Shown piece by piece: positions 36,814 through 46,075 of a stretch of DNA of 51,882 bases. The stretch spans positions 1 through 51,882 of the forward strand of contig CAZCPU010000002.1 in NCBI GenBank assembly GCA_964499855.1, written 5' to 3'. Source of the DNA: an uncultured Dehalococcoidia bacterium (lineage in GTDB: Bacteria; Chloroflexota; Dehalococcoidia; Lucifugimonadales; UBA1127). The notes beneath the pieces are model-generated. The model had not been told where the DNA came from and made no database searches. It saw only the letters and a program-made list of their open reading frames with translations. A program made the position numbers and the translations under genes. Each line of letters begins with the position of its first letter. Position 1 is the first letter of the stretch.

Positions 36814-38190
36814 TCAGAGCTGGGCCTCTACAGCCCCTACGATGCGGTCCACTTTCTCGACGAGCTCATCAAGCTCGTCGCGGGTGGTGCTGAGGGGCGG
36901 GGCGAGGTGCATGACGTCGCCCATTACACGGCCGAGGATGCCCTCTTTGTTCATCTCAGCGGAGGCGAGCTGCGTCAGGTTGGCCTCGGCGGGAATCTTC
37001 TCCTTGGTGGCGCGGTCCTTGACGAACTCCAGTGAGCAAAGGAGTCCAAGGCCACCGCGGACGTCGCCGATGATGGGGTGTTCGTACATGGACTGCAGCT
37101 TGTCGAAGAGGTACTCGCCGAGCCGGGCCGAGTTGCCGACGAGGTCCTCGCGCTCAAATATCTCGAGGTTGGCAAGGCCGGCGGCGCAGGCGGGAGGGTT
37201 GCCGCCGAAGGTGATGAGGTGGCGGAAGGTGGAGGACTGATCACCGATGAAGGCGTCGGCGACAGCCTTGCTGGCTACGGCGGCGCCGATGGGAAGGTAA
37301 CCGCTAGTGAGGGCCTTGGCGACGGTGAAGATGTCGGGCTTGATGCCCCAATGCTCGGTGGCGAACCACTTTCCGGTGCGGCCGAAGCCAGTGATGACCT
37401 CGTCGGAGATGAGAAGGACGCCGTAGTTGTCACAGATCTCACGGATGGTGGGCCAATAATCGGGGTGCGGGACGTGGACGCCGGCGGAAATGGAGATGGG
37501 CTCGGCGATGAATGCGGCGACGGTTGAGGGGCCCTCGTTCTGGATGGCGATCTCCAGGTCGCGGGCACACTCGAGGTCGCAGGCGCTCATGCCGCGGCAG
37601 AGGCGGCAGCGGTACTCGCCGGGTTGGGCAATATTGACGGAGTAGGGCATGAGCGGGCCGTAATCGGAGCCGGAAGCGACGCTTCCCCCGCCGAGGGTCA
37701 TGTTCATGAAGGTGGCGCCGTGATAGGAGCCGCGGCGGGCGATGAACTTGAAGCGGCCGGGCTCGCCGTTGTTCTTGTGGTACTTGCGCGACATTTTCAG
37801 GGCCGTCTCGACGGCCTCTGCACCGCCGCTGACGAAGTAGATGCGGGAGTCCGGGTCGGGCGAGATGCTGGCGAGCTTGGCGGCGAGGCGCGCGGTGACG
37901 GGGGAGACTGAGCCGCCGGGCGTGTAGCTGATGTCGAGCATCTGCTCGTAGACGGCGTCGGCGATCTCGCGACGGCCGTGGCCTGCGTTTTTGAGCCACA
38001 TGCCGGAAATAAGGTCGAACCATTGCTTGCCGGCAGCATCCTGCACGAATGAGCCATTGCCGCGGACGACTAGCTTAATGCCGGTCTCGTCGGACATGTC
38101 GCCGGCCTGTCGGCTGTGCGGCCAGAAGTGGGCGGCGGCCATGGTCTTGAGGTCTTCCACGTCGTAGGCGTCCAAGAGTTCCTTGACCAA
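36814..38190 (-). CDS. Class III (omega-type) PLP-dependent aminotransferase
   Basis: GSYHGATF, DEVITGFGRTGKWFA and the PLP-lysine block FTVAKALTSGYLPIGA. The ORF opens at TTG 38205. The TTG at 38190 follows GGGGAGG by 6 nt. Confidence 0.88.
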   Translation of the reverse strand: MVKELLDAYDVEDLKTMAAAHFWPHSRQAGDMSDETGIKLVVRGNGSFVQDAAGKQWFDLISGMWLKNAGHGRREIADAVYEQMLDISYTPGGSVSPVTARLAAKLASISPDPDSRIYFVSGGAEAVETALKMSRKYHKNNGEPGRFKFIARRGSYHGATFMNMTLGGGSVASGSDYGPLMPYSVNIAQPGEYRCRLCRGMSACDLECARDLEIAIQNEGPSTVAAFIAEPISISAGVHVPHPDYWPTIREICDNYGVLLISDEVITGFGRTGKWFATEHWGIKPDIFTVAKALTSGYLPIGAAVASKAVADAFIGDQSSTFRHLITFGGNPPACAAGLANLEIFEREDLVGNSARLGEYLFDKLQSMYEHPIIGDVRGGLGLLCSLEFVKDRATKEKIPAEANLTQLASAEMNKEGILGRVMGDVMHLAPPLSTTRDELDELVEKVDRIVGAVEAQL

Positions 38191-38232
38191 GGTGTGCCTC
38201 CCCAAATTGTGATTCCCCTGTGCGTGAAATGA

Positions 38233-39321
38233 TCAGATCGCGATTGGCTCGAAATTGCCCGTAACGCGCTGGTGGCCGCCGTTCTCCTCGAGAGGTTCCT
38301 CGCGGTAGAGGCCGAGGGGCTCGAGCACGGGGGTGTCAGTGTACCAGAAGACGACCGACTCCTCGGTGGCGACGTGCTCGTGGAAGGCCCAGGACGGGAC
38401 GACGAAGGTGTCCTTGGCGGTCCAGTCGAAGCGGACTCCGTTGATGACGGAGTAGCCGCTGCCGGTAATGACGTGGTAGACGACACCACCGGTGTGACGG
38501 TGGGCGCGGGTATGCATGCCAGTCGGGAAGAGGGAAGCATAGCAGGCCATGGACGCCATGGCAGGGCCGCCGGTCTGGGGGTTGGTGTACTCGAGGCAGA
38601 TGCCGTCAAAGGGACTGCCCTCGGTCTCGCGGGAGAGGCGGGAGAGGGCGTCGTAGGTCTGGGCGAACTTGTAGTTAATGAGGGGCGAGTGGAGGCCGCC
38701 GCGGCCCACCCACGTCGGGCGGAGGGAGCCGGAGGCGAATAGCCTCTGGGAGATCTCGTCGGACTTCGTCAGGGGCTGGCTCTCCTCGGGGTACTCCTCG
38801 CGGAAGGTCGCGTCAAGGTGGTTGACCAAGGTCGAGTCGAGGCCGTCGAGCCAGACCATGGGGGCGTCACCCTCATTGCCGTGGTCGTGCCAAGTCCAGT
38901 TGGGCGTGGTGATGAAGTCGCCGGGGTCCATGTAGGTCTTTTCGCCCTCGACCGCGGTGTAGGCGCTGCTGCCCTCGACTATGAGGCGCAGGGCGGAGGC
39001 AGTGTGGCGGTGGCTGGGTGCAACCTCGCCTGGGTTGATGATCTGGAGGTTTGCGGAGAGGGTGCTGGTGGCGGGGCCCCGACCCAGGAGGCCGGGGTTG
39101 GAAAACACGAGCACCCGTCGTTCAGCCATCTCCATGGGCACGATATCCGCGGCGCGGAAGAGGAGGGGCCGAAAGTCCTGGTACTTCCAGAGGTAGGGGA
39201 TGGCCTTCGGCTGCGGGTCCGTGCGTGCGACCCAGAGCGGCCGGCTCTGGTATCTCTTGACCTCCTCGTAGAAGAGCTCAAGGTCTTCCAAACGACTACC
39301 CGAAATGGGCTCCTGCGCCAT
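38233..39321 (-). CDS. Gentisate 1,2-dioxygenase-like bicupin ring-cleavage dioxygenase
   Basis: 362 aa with PLW...PYLWKY, LQIINPGEVAPSHRHTASALRLIVEG, TPNWTWHDHGNEG and a second cupin AHRHTGGVVYHVITGSGY. GAAGGGGG SD. Confidence 0.82.
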   Translation of the reverse strand: MAQEPISGSRLEDLELFYEEVKRYQSRPLWVARTDPQPKAIPYLWKYQDFRPLLFRAADIVPMEMAERRVLVFSNPGLLGRGPATSTLSANLQIINPGEVAPSHRHTASALRLIVEGSSAYTAVEGEKTYMDPGDFITTPNWTWHDHGNEGDAPMVWLDGLDSTLVNHLDATFREEYPEESQPLTKSDEISQRLFASGSLRPTWVGRGGLHSPLINYKFAQTYDALSRLSRETEGSPFDGICLEYTNPQTGGPAMASMACYASLFPTGMHTRAHRHTGGVVYHVITGSGYSVINGVRFDWTAKDTFVVPSWAFHEHVATEESVVFWYTDTPVLEPLGLYREEPLEENGGHQRVTGNFEPIAI

Positions 39322-39350
39322 GTCGCACCCCCTTCAGCCTCGGTAGCGGA

Positions 39351-39379
39351 AGGCTAGCACCGGCAATGGGGCCGGTCAA
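39351..39379 (-). promoter_or_regulatory. Possible promoter for the dioxygenase-aminotransferase pair
   Basis: Minus strand reads TTGACC, a 17-nt spacer, then TAGCCT. The -35 is good and the -10 is weak. Confidence 0.3.
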
Positions 39380-39402
39380 GGCGCGGGCAAAACTGTGAAC
39401 GG

Positions 39403-40395
39403 CTATACGCCGGGCACTGAGCTATTGGCGTCCTCAGCGGGACTCACCGTAAAGTCCAGCACTTGGGTCACCGCACCCTCCTGTTCAGTCTCTCCATAGA
39501 CTCCGGTAGCGACTACCACATCCCCGGCCCCTGTAATGAAGATGGGGCTGACTTCGCCAACGACCCAGTCGTTCACGGTCAGGGACAACCTGAGGCCGAC
39601 CACCTTCACTTCAATTTCGTTGATCTCCCCTGCACCCTGCCGCATGAGGGGACCTTCTTCCTGCCGCTCCAGAACGTTTGCGGGCCCCCTGTTGCCAAGG
39701 TCGTTGCCAATTGGCGGCAGCTCGGAGGTTAGGCCGAGTTCCACGAACTCATAGGACGCTATTCCGGTAACCCAACCGTCGCTGTGAAGGACACAAGCGA
39801 ATGCTTTGCCGTCGGTGTCGTCTGGGACGCGGACGAAGATACCGAAGCTGAAGGGGTGTTCCGAGGCGTCGTACGGATTGACAAAGCGCGCAGTGACGAC
39901 GGCATCAGCTACGGAGACGCCAGTGGAGAAGTACTCAAAGGTCCCGTTATCGGGATCATGCTCAAGTTCGATGTTCATGGGGCCGAATGTGCCCGATGGT
40001 GTAGGCACTGGCGTGGGCGTCGGCGTAGAAGCCGGGGTTGGCGTGGACGTGGGCGTGACCACAATCACGACGGGGCGGGGAGTCGACGTCGGCACCGGTG
40101 TTGGCGCGGGCGTTGGAGGGGGCGCCTGTGTCGGAACAGGAGCAGCCGTCGGAATTGGAACCGCGGTGGGCGATGGCCTTGGTGTAATCGTGGGAAAGGC
40201 GGCGACGGTGGCTGCAATACCGGCCTCGACGGTTGCGTCGAGGTTGGGCGTCGCGGTGGCAGTGGCAGTGGGCAGAAGCGCCCGTACCGTCGCCTCGACG
40301 TCCGGGGCGGGTTCAACGTCCGAGGTACAGGCAAGGGAAAGTAGCGCCATGGCCAAAAGCAACTGGAACGCAACCTTGTAGGCCGTTGAGCGCAT
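39403..40395 (-). CDS. Putative lipoprotein with a Pro/Thr-rich linker and a C-terminal domain of unknown function
   Basis: MRSTAYKVAFQLLLAMALLSLAC has a signal peptide and a lipobox-like LSLAC. A ~70-aa PT-rich linker is followed by a ~190-aa beta-rich domain. The ATG at 40395 has GGAG 6 nt upstream; the ORF opens at TTG 40407. Confidence 0.65.
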   Translation of the reverse strand: MRSTAYKVAFQLLLAMALLSLACTSDVEPAPDVEATVRALLPTATATATPNLDATVEAGIAATVAAFPTITPRPSPTAVPIPTAAPVPTQAPPPTPAPTPVPTSTPRPVVIVVTPTSTPTPASTPTPTPVPTPSGTFGPMNIELEHDPDNGTFEYFSTGVSVADAVVTARFVNPYDASEHPFSFGIFVRVPDDTDGKAFACVLHSDGWVTGIASYEFVELGLTSELPPIGNDLGNRGPANVLERQEEGPLMRQGAGEINEIEVKVVGLRLSLTVNDWVVGEVSPIFITGAGDVVVATGVYGETEQEGAVTQVLDFTVSPAEDANSSVPGV

Positions 40396-40664
40396 CGATG
40401 GCTCCAAACTAGAAGGATTTGCCCGGCAAACATTGGGACTCGCTGGGTCCAGCGGGTAGAAAAGAGCGCAAGAATCACTTGTCCCGAGGAAGCCGTATTA
40501 CGGCGTGCCCACGACAGGTAAAGACACTATTGCCCACCAGCACCAATGTGTCAAGAAGCCATTTGGCGCATTATTTCCACAAATATCGCCATTTCATGCG
40601 CGGGAACTGCCCGCCCTGCTATACTGCACGCGTCACTTTGACCACCGCGCCATGGGGGCGGAAG

Positions 40665-40901
40665 ATGAAGCGCGCGCACCAGTTTTTCGGGCGGCTGCTC
40701 CTGGCTTCGGGAGCGTTCATGCTGTTCCTGATCATCACGGACTTCACAGGGCCGGAGTTCCCTCTGTGGTTGAAAAACTGGACCTTCGCGGTCTTCGGGC
40801 TGGCGCTAGCCGGATTCGCGTTTACGTACAAGCGATGGATGCCGGAGGATCCGCCCTCAGGCCAGCCCGGCCCACCGGACAGGAGCAACCGCAACGAGTA
40901 A
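40665..40901 (+). CDS. Small two-TM membrane protein upstream of the Rieske oxygenase
   Basis: MKRAHQFFGRLLLASGAFMLFLIITDF...WTFAVFGLALAGFAFTYKRW. GGGGGCGGAAG lies before the ATG. Its TAA overlaps the AAGGAGG SD of the next gene. The longer ORF from 40419 has no support. Confidence 0.55.
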   Translation: MKRAHQFFGRLLLASGAFMLFLIITDFTGPEFPLWLKNWTFAVFGLALAGFAFTYKRWMPEDPPSGQPGPPDRSNRNE

Positions 40902-40910
40902 GGAGGCGCC

Positions 40911-42173
40911 ATGCTGACCCGCGACGAGAACGAGCTCATCACGCAGTCTGGGCTAGGGACACCGCTAGGCGAGATGATGCGGCTGTACTGGATCCCGGCC
41001 TTCTATACGCACGAGATTCGCGAGACCGACGGCACGCCGCTTCGGCTGAAGTTACTAGGCGAGGACCTGGTGGCATTCCGGGACTCGAACGGCGAAGTCG
41101 GCATCATGGAGGAATTCTGCCCGCACCGGGGGGCGTCGCTGGCGCTGGCGCGGAACGAGGAGTGCGGGCTGACGTGCATCTACCATGGATGGAAATTCGA
41201 CGTACACGGGAACTGCGTTGACATGCCGTCGGAGCCGGGAGAGTCCAACTTCAAGGACAAGGTGAAGGCGCGCGCGTTCGCGACGCGCGAGGTGGCGGGG
41301 ATCGTCTGGTGTTACATGGGCACGAGCGCGAAGCTGCCGCCATTCCCATCGTTCCAGTGGACGCAGGTGCCGGAGGACCACCTGAGCGCGATCAAGACGC
41401 TGCAAGAGTGCAACTTCCTTCAAGGGCTGGAGGGAGGCATCGACTCCTCGCACGCCTCTTTCCTGCACCGCTCGTTCGGCGGGGTGCGGACGGGCTGGGG
41501 GAACCCGGTCAACGGGCTAATTATGGCGGACACGGCGCCGAAGCTAGAGGTGGAATACACATCGTACGGCTATCGGTACGCGGCAGTCCGGCAGGCGGGC
41601 GCCGGACAGGAGTACGTGCGGATGACGCCGTATATCCTGCCGTTCTACAGCTACATACCGGGGCCGCCTGACCGCACCAATGGATTCTCCATCTGGGTGC
41701 CAAGGGACGACCACTCTTGTTGGCAGTGGGAGATTGGCTTCAACGAGCAGCGGGCATTCACGGCGCAGGAGCGGCACGATCGGCGGGAGCAGTTCGGGTT
41801 CCACGACCTAGAGGACGGGTACCGCAAGGCGCGGAACCGGGACAATTGGTATTTGCAGGACCGGGAGGCGATGAAGTCGCGTGGGTTCTCCGGGATCTTC
41901 GGCACTCGGACGCAGGACCACGCGGTGCAGGAGAGCATGGGCACGATCTACGACCGCACTCGCGAACACCTGGGCACGAGCGACCGGGCGATCATCGCGA
42001 TGCGGAGGCTGCTATCGGAGTCCGTGAGGAACTTCCAGGAGGGCATCATGCCGCCGGGGCTGGACCCGGCCATCCCGTACGAGCTTATCCGGGGCGACGA
42101 CTTCGTTAAGCCTGCAGACATCACATGGCAAGAAGCCCGACCGCTGGATCCTGGCCACGCGCTGGTGCGGTAG
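40911..42173 (+). CDS. Rieske [2Fe-2S] non-heme-iron oxygenase, alpha-only (phthalate-family-like)
   Basis: Rieske motif CPHRGASLALARNEECGLTCIYHGW (C-x-H-x16-C-x2-H) and mononuclear iron motif DSSHASFLH. AAGGAGG SD. Confidence 0.9.
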   Translation: MLTRDENELITQSGLGTPLGEMMRLYWIPAFYTHEIRETDGTPLRLKLLGEDLVAFRDSNGEVGIMEEFCPHRGASLALARNEECGLTCIYHGWKFDVHGNCVDMPSEPGESNFKDKVKARAFATREVAGIVWCYMGTSAKLPPFPSFQWTQVPEDHLSAIKTLQECNFLQGLEGGIDSSHASFLHRSFGGVRTGWGNPVNGLIMADTAPKLEVEYTSYGYRYAAVRQAGAGQEYVRMTPYILPFYSYIPGPPDRTNGFSIWVPRDDHSCWQWEIGFNEQRAFTAQERHDRREQFGFHDLEDGYRKARNRDNWYLQDREAMKSRGFSGIFGTRTQDHAVQESMGTIYDRTREHLGTSDRAIIAMRRLLSESVRNFQEGIMPPGLDPAIPYELIRGDDFVKPADITWQEARPLDPGHALVR

Positions 42174-42218
42174 GGGCCACTAAGGGCAACCCGATAGCGA
42201 CTCACCTGGAGGATGGCA

Positions 42219-43394
42219 ATGGCCAAGAAGGGCTTTAGAGTAATCGACGCCGAGCCCCACATGGAGGAGCCGCTGGAGATGTGGATCGAGCGGCTGCCGG
42301 AGCCATTCAGATCGCGGACACACATCGTGCGGCCGGAGAATGGCGGGTTCCTGGAGGGCAGTGGCGGGCGGCTCGCCCTGGACGGGGTCGAGAGACCAAA
42401 GATGGCGCCAAACCCGCTGGTCCGGCGACGGAGCCAGCGGCGGGTTGCGGAGAACCCAGGGCTGATGAAGGTGCAGCAGGACCCGTCGCCTGACACGTTT
42501 CTCGAGGGATTCAACATCGAGGGGATCGACATTGGTGTGTTCATGCCGACGGTCGCAATGGGGCTAGTGCGCTACGACGACTTGGACCCTGAGCACGCCC
42601 TCGCTCTGTGCCAGGTCTACAACGACTACACGGCAGAGTTCTGCAGCGCACACCCAGACAGGTTCAAGTTCTGGGCGTGGGTGCCGCCGCAAGACGCTAA
42701 GCTTGCCGCGGGGGAGGCCCGGCGCGCCGTCGAAGAGCTGGGGGCGGTGGCTGTCGCGATGACGGGCGGCGCGGTCAACGGCAACCTGCTGAGCGACGAG
42801 CACTTCGACCCGCTGTGGGTGGAGATGAACCGGCTGGGGACAGCATTCGGGATGCACGGGCCACCGGCCAACTACCTGCTGCGGGACAACTACAACCACC
42901 GCTACTGGGGCAAGCGGAACATGGAAGTCGTCGGCAACGCGATGGTGGGGCCCGTGCACGCGATGACTCAGCTCGCGGAGCTGACCATCGGCGGGGTGCT
43001 GGAGCGGTACCCGAATCTGAAGCCGGTGTTCATGGAGGTCAACGCAAGCTGGCTGCCGTGGTTCCTCTGGAGACTGGATGACAAGTGGGAGACCCACGCG
43101 CCGGACATGGACATCGAGCTCTCGATGCTGCCGAGCGAGTACTTCCGACGGCAGGGCTACTGCGTGGTCGAGCCGGAGGAGGGGCCGATCCAGTACGCGA
43201 TCGACTTCATGGGGGCAGACCGGCTGCTATTCTCAACCGACTACCCGCACTCAGACTGCATCTTCCCGGAGGCGGTAAACACGTTCCTGGCACAGGAGCA
43301 TATCCCGGACGACGCCAAGCGCAAGATCCTGTGGGACAACGGGGCCAAGCTCTTCGGCGTGGAAGCGCCGGTGGAAGCGGCAGCCGGCGGATAA
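42219..43394 (+). CDS. Amidohydrolase_2 family protein (ACMSD/LigW-like decarboxylase or hydrolase)
   Basis: IDAEPHM... at the N-terminus and LLFSTDYPHSDC near the C-terminus fit the TIM-barrel metal-dependent family. GGAGG abuts the ATG at 42213, so the ATG at 42219 (6-nt spacing) is preferred. Confidence 0.82.
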   Translation: MAKKGFRVIDAEPHMEEPLEMWIERLPEPFRSRTHIVRPENGGFLEGSGGRLALDGVERPKMAPNPLVRRRSQRRVAENPGLMKVQQDPSPDTFLEGFNIEGIDIGVFMPTVAMGLVRYDDLDPEHALALCQVYNDYTAEFCSAHPDRFKFWAWVPPQDAKLAAGEARRAVEELGAVAVAMTGGAVNGNLLSDEHFDPLWVEMNRLGTAFGMHGPPANYLLRDNYNHRYWGKRNMEVVGNAMVGPVHAMTQLAELTIGGVLERYPNLKPVFMEVNASWLPWFLWRLDDKWETHAPDMDIELSMLPSEYFRRQGYCVVEPEEGPIQYAIDFMGADRLLFSTDYPHSDCIFPEAVNTFLAQEHIPDDAKRKILWDNGAKLFGVEAPVEAAAGG

Positions 43395-43470
43395 GGGACG
43401 TAGGGTTTACGTGCCTGTTCACCTTGTACAGAGCCCAGGATGAACGGGCTGACGCGGCAACCAGCATGAG

Positions 43471-43501
43471 GAGGGGCGGAAACCTGAGGTTCCCGCCCCT
43501 C
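43471..43501. terminator. Hairpin between convergent genes; possible bidirectional terminator with no U-tract
   Basis: GAGGGGCGG...CCGCCCCTC outer stem, with inner AA-CC/GG-TT pairing and a 3-nt loop. It lies between the stops at 43394 (+) and 43535 (-). Confidence 0.5.
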
Positions 43502-43534
43502 GCTATACTCCTGAACCTACGATATGCGCACGGC

Positions 43535-46075
43535 CTACTCCAACACCCCGACAGGCGATACCTCAAACTCGCCACTACGTAGCCAGACGCCGGCCGGCAT
43601 GGCTGCGGGCAGGTAGCGGATGTCCACCACGACACTCTGACCGTCGGCGCTCAGGAAGCCGAGCTCCGTGCGGCCATCGGCCAAGCGACGGGAGCGAATT
43701 TTCCCAATGGGTTTGCCGCCCACCTCCACGTCGGTGCTGATGCGCCACTCGCCGACCGGGGCGGCGGCGGGCAGGTGGCGCGACGAGGGCAGAACCTGCT
43801 CGCCACCGGAAAGCTCCACGCCGTGCTCGATGCGGCCGTCATCGGTCAGCCGCGCGAGGATACGCAACTGCAGCGGCCGTGCAAGGTCGGTGGCCGGTCC
43901 GAGGCCAAGCAATTCCAGAACCTCGTCGCTGTCAGCAACGGCGAGACCACTCAGAAACTGTAGGGTCTCGTTGTCGGCGTTCCGGGCGGCGCACATTATG
44001 CTGTCGGTCAATACGCCGTATGCCGGCAACGCCGTCCGCATTTCAACGTCGAGGTTGAGCAGGGCATCTGTGTCCGCTGCGCCCGCCCCCTTCAAAGCGT
44101 TGCGCAGTGACGCCGCCGGATTCCGGCACGAGACCTGTTTCCTCAGATCGGCGAGCATTCCCTCAACGTCTGAGTCCTGCCAGCCCAGCCCGGCAATGCG
44201 GGCAGCCCGCACGGCGTCGCCAGCAGCCACCGACAGCGCGACCATGCGCTCAACGTAGCCAAGCTGGGAATGAAGGGTGAGCGCCTCCGCGAAGGACAAC
44301 GTGGCGCCAACATCCACGCGATCCTGCAGCGAACGCCATGAGGACCTGAGGGAGAGATACCGGCCTGCCGCCGCACCTGCGATGTCAAGCACCAAATCCT
44401 CGACGGTGTTCGGGTTGATCGCCTCTCCGGCGGCCAACGCGGAAGTGAGCCCCAATCCTGTGACGGCGTCTTCATACTGGCCGCCAAAGGACGCGAGCAA
44501 CGTGTCCGACGCCGGGTTGGCCAAACTGAAGGCCTCAAGCGCTCCGGTCACCGACAGGCCGGATACGGCAGGGCGTTCAAAGATGCCCTCCAACAACTGC
44601 GTATGGACCCCCGCGGCGTACATCGCTTTCGCCTGCGTCACCGCGTCCACCTCCGCGTCCGGGTCGGCAAGGGAGGTGACTGAGGCCGTCACCATCCCTT
44701 GCTCGTCGGCTTCTGCTGAAACGCTGTACCCTTGACCTTCCACTCTGACCGTGACCGCATCGAACGTCGTGCCGCTCAGCACCATGAGGTTGTGCCACTG
44801 GCCGTGAAATCCCCGCTCCGCGTCGTTCCCGTCGTACGTGACGACGCCGACGAATATCCACGACGGACCATGGCTTCCAAGCGTTACCTCAAAGGGCGTC
44901 ACCTCGTCTATCGCCACGCTTTCCAAGCTCGCCGTCTGTTCTCCCGTGTGGTAGGAGACACCGGCCTCCCAGTGTTCCTCCGTCGCGGCAATAGGGCCGA
45001 TGCGCTCAAACACGCCCGGGCCAACCACGTAGACCAATGCGTTACCGCCTATGTCCGACAAGCCGCCACCACCCAGATTGCCTACGCGGTAGTTGACGGG
45101 AAAGGGCTGCCCGGCGACCACCCGCTCCGGCGTGTGGACCTCCTCGACCTTAAGGAGGAAGCTGTCCTGGTCCGCCCCCTCGTCCACGAGGTGCACGACG
45201 AGCGTGAATTCCGCCATGAGCGGCTGATAGTCGCGCTCCAAGTAGGTGGTCGCTTCCAGCAGGTAGGTCCCCGGCTGGAGGTAGCGCTCAATGCGGGAAT
45301 TGCGTCGCTCACCGCCGTCGTCGTTTGCGGCAATGAGGCCGGCGGATGTCGAGATGAGGGAGAGCACGGGGTCGCCGTTCACCGACATCAGGTCCGCGCG
45401 AACACGGCCGGGCTGCGTCAGTTCGAACAGGTAGCTGTGGGCCGGGTGCTCAACGACAAATTGGGAGCCGCAGGTCTCGAGCGACCAGGAACTCGATGCA
45501 GTCAGATCGACTCCGGGCTGCAGGGGCCCCAGGTTGACCGGTCCACACCCGTTGACGCGGGAAATGGAGAGAGAGAAGTTGGCCGGGCCGCGACTGCGCC
45601 CTCCGACGGTGGTGGCCTCAACAAGGTAGGCGCCCGGAGTCAGGTCACGCTCGATGCGGGCGTCGAGGCCGGCGCCACCGTCATCGTTGTCGGTAAGGCG
45701 CCCCTCATCTTCGGCCAACAGGTAAAGGTAGGCATCCCCATCCCCGGAGGCCAAATCTATCCTGATCCGGCCACCCTCAACCACCTCGAATCGGTAGGAA
45801 TGGGCATCGTTGTCCGACCTAAAGCGCGAATCGCAGTCCTCCGTCGTCCAGAGACCATCGACGTTCAGCCCGGAGTCCGCCCCAACGCCGAGGACGCCGA
45901 GGTCCGTGACGGGGCACGCCGCCCCCTCCTGAGCCACTACAGCGCCGGGGCCTCCAAGGACCAACACCGCGACGACGAGGGCGACGGCTGCGCATGCAAT
46001 CGCCACGGCTCGCACAGGGTTCCGGGAAGACGGTATGACAACCGGGTTGACCAGGATTCGGGGCTCGTCAGGCAT
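43535..46075 (-). CDS. Large secreted or membrane-anchored protein with two PPC-like beta-sandwich repeats and a C-terminal repeat pair
   Basis: 846 aa with an N-terminal TM/signal segment (AVAIACAAVALVVAVLVLGG). Two ~95-aa repeats are present (AHSYRFEVVEGGRIRIDL..DAYLYLL..NDDGG...PGAYLVEATT and AHSYLFELTQPGRVRADL...NDDGG...PGTYLLEATT). GGGAGG SD. Confidence 0.7.
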   Translation of the reverse strand: MPDEPRILVNPVVIPSSRNPVRAVAIACAAVALVVAVLVLGGPGAVVAQEGAACPVTDLGVLGVGADSGLNVDGLWTTEDCDSRFRSDNDAHSYRFEVVEGGRIRIDLASGDGDAYLYLLAEDEGRLTDNDDGGAGLDARIERDLTPGAYLVEATTVGGRSRGPANFSLSISRVNGCGPVNLGPLQPGVDLTASSSWSLETCGSQFVVEHPAHSYLFELTQPGRVRADLMSVNGDPVLSLISTSAGLIAANDDGGERRNSRIERYLQPGTYLLEATTYLERDYQPLMAEFTLVVHLVDEGADQDSFLLKVEEVHTPERVVAGQPFPVNYRVGNLGGGGLSDIGGNALVYVVGPGVFERIGPIAATEEHWEAGVSYHTGEQTASLESVAIDEVTPFEVTLGSHGPSWIFVGVVTYDGNDAERGFHGQWHNLMVLSGTTFDAVTVRVEGQGYSVSAEADEQGMVTASVTSLADPDAEVDAVTQAKAMYAAGVHTQLLEGIFERPAVSGLSVTGALEAFSLANPASDTLLASFGGQYEDAVTGLGLTSALAAGEAINPNTVEDLVLDIAGAAAGRYLSLRSSWRSLQDRVDVGATLSFAEALTLHSQLGYVERMVALSVAAGDAVRAARIAGLGWQDSDVEGMLADLRKQVSCRNPAASLRNALKGAGAADTDALLNLDVEMRTALPAYGVLTDSIMCAARNADNETLQFLSGLAVADSDEVLELLGLGPATDLARPLQLRILARLTDDGRIEHGVELSGGEQVLPSSRHLPAAAPVGEWRISTDVEVGGKPIGKIRSRRLADGRTELGFLSADGQSVVVDIRYLPAAMPAGVWLRSGEFEVSPVGVLE

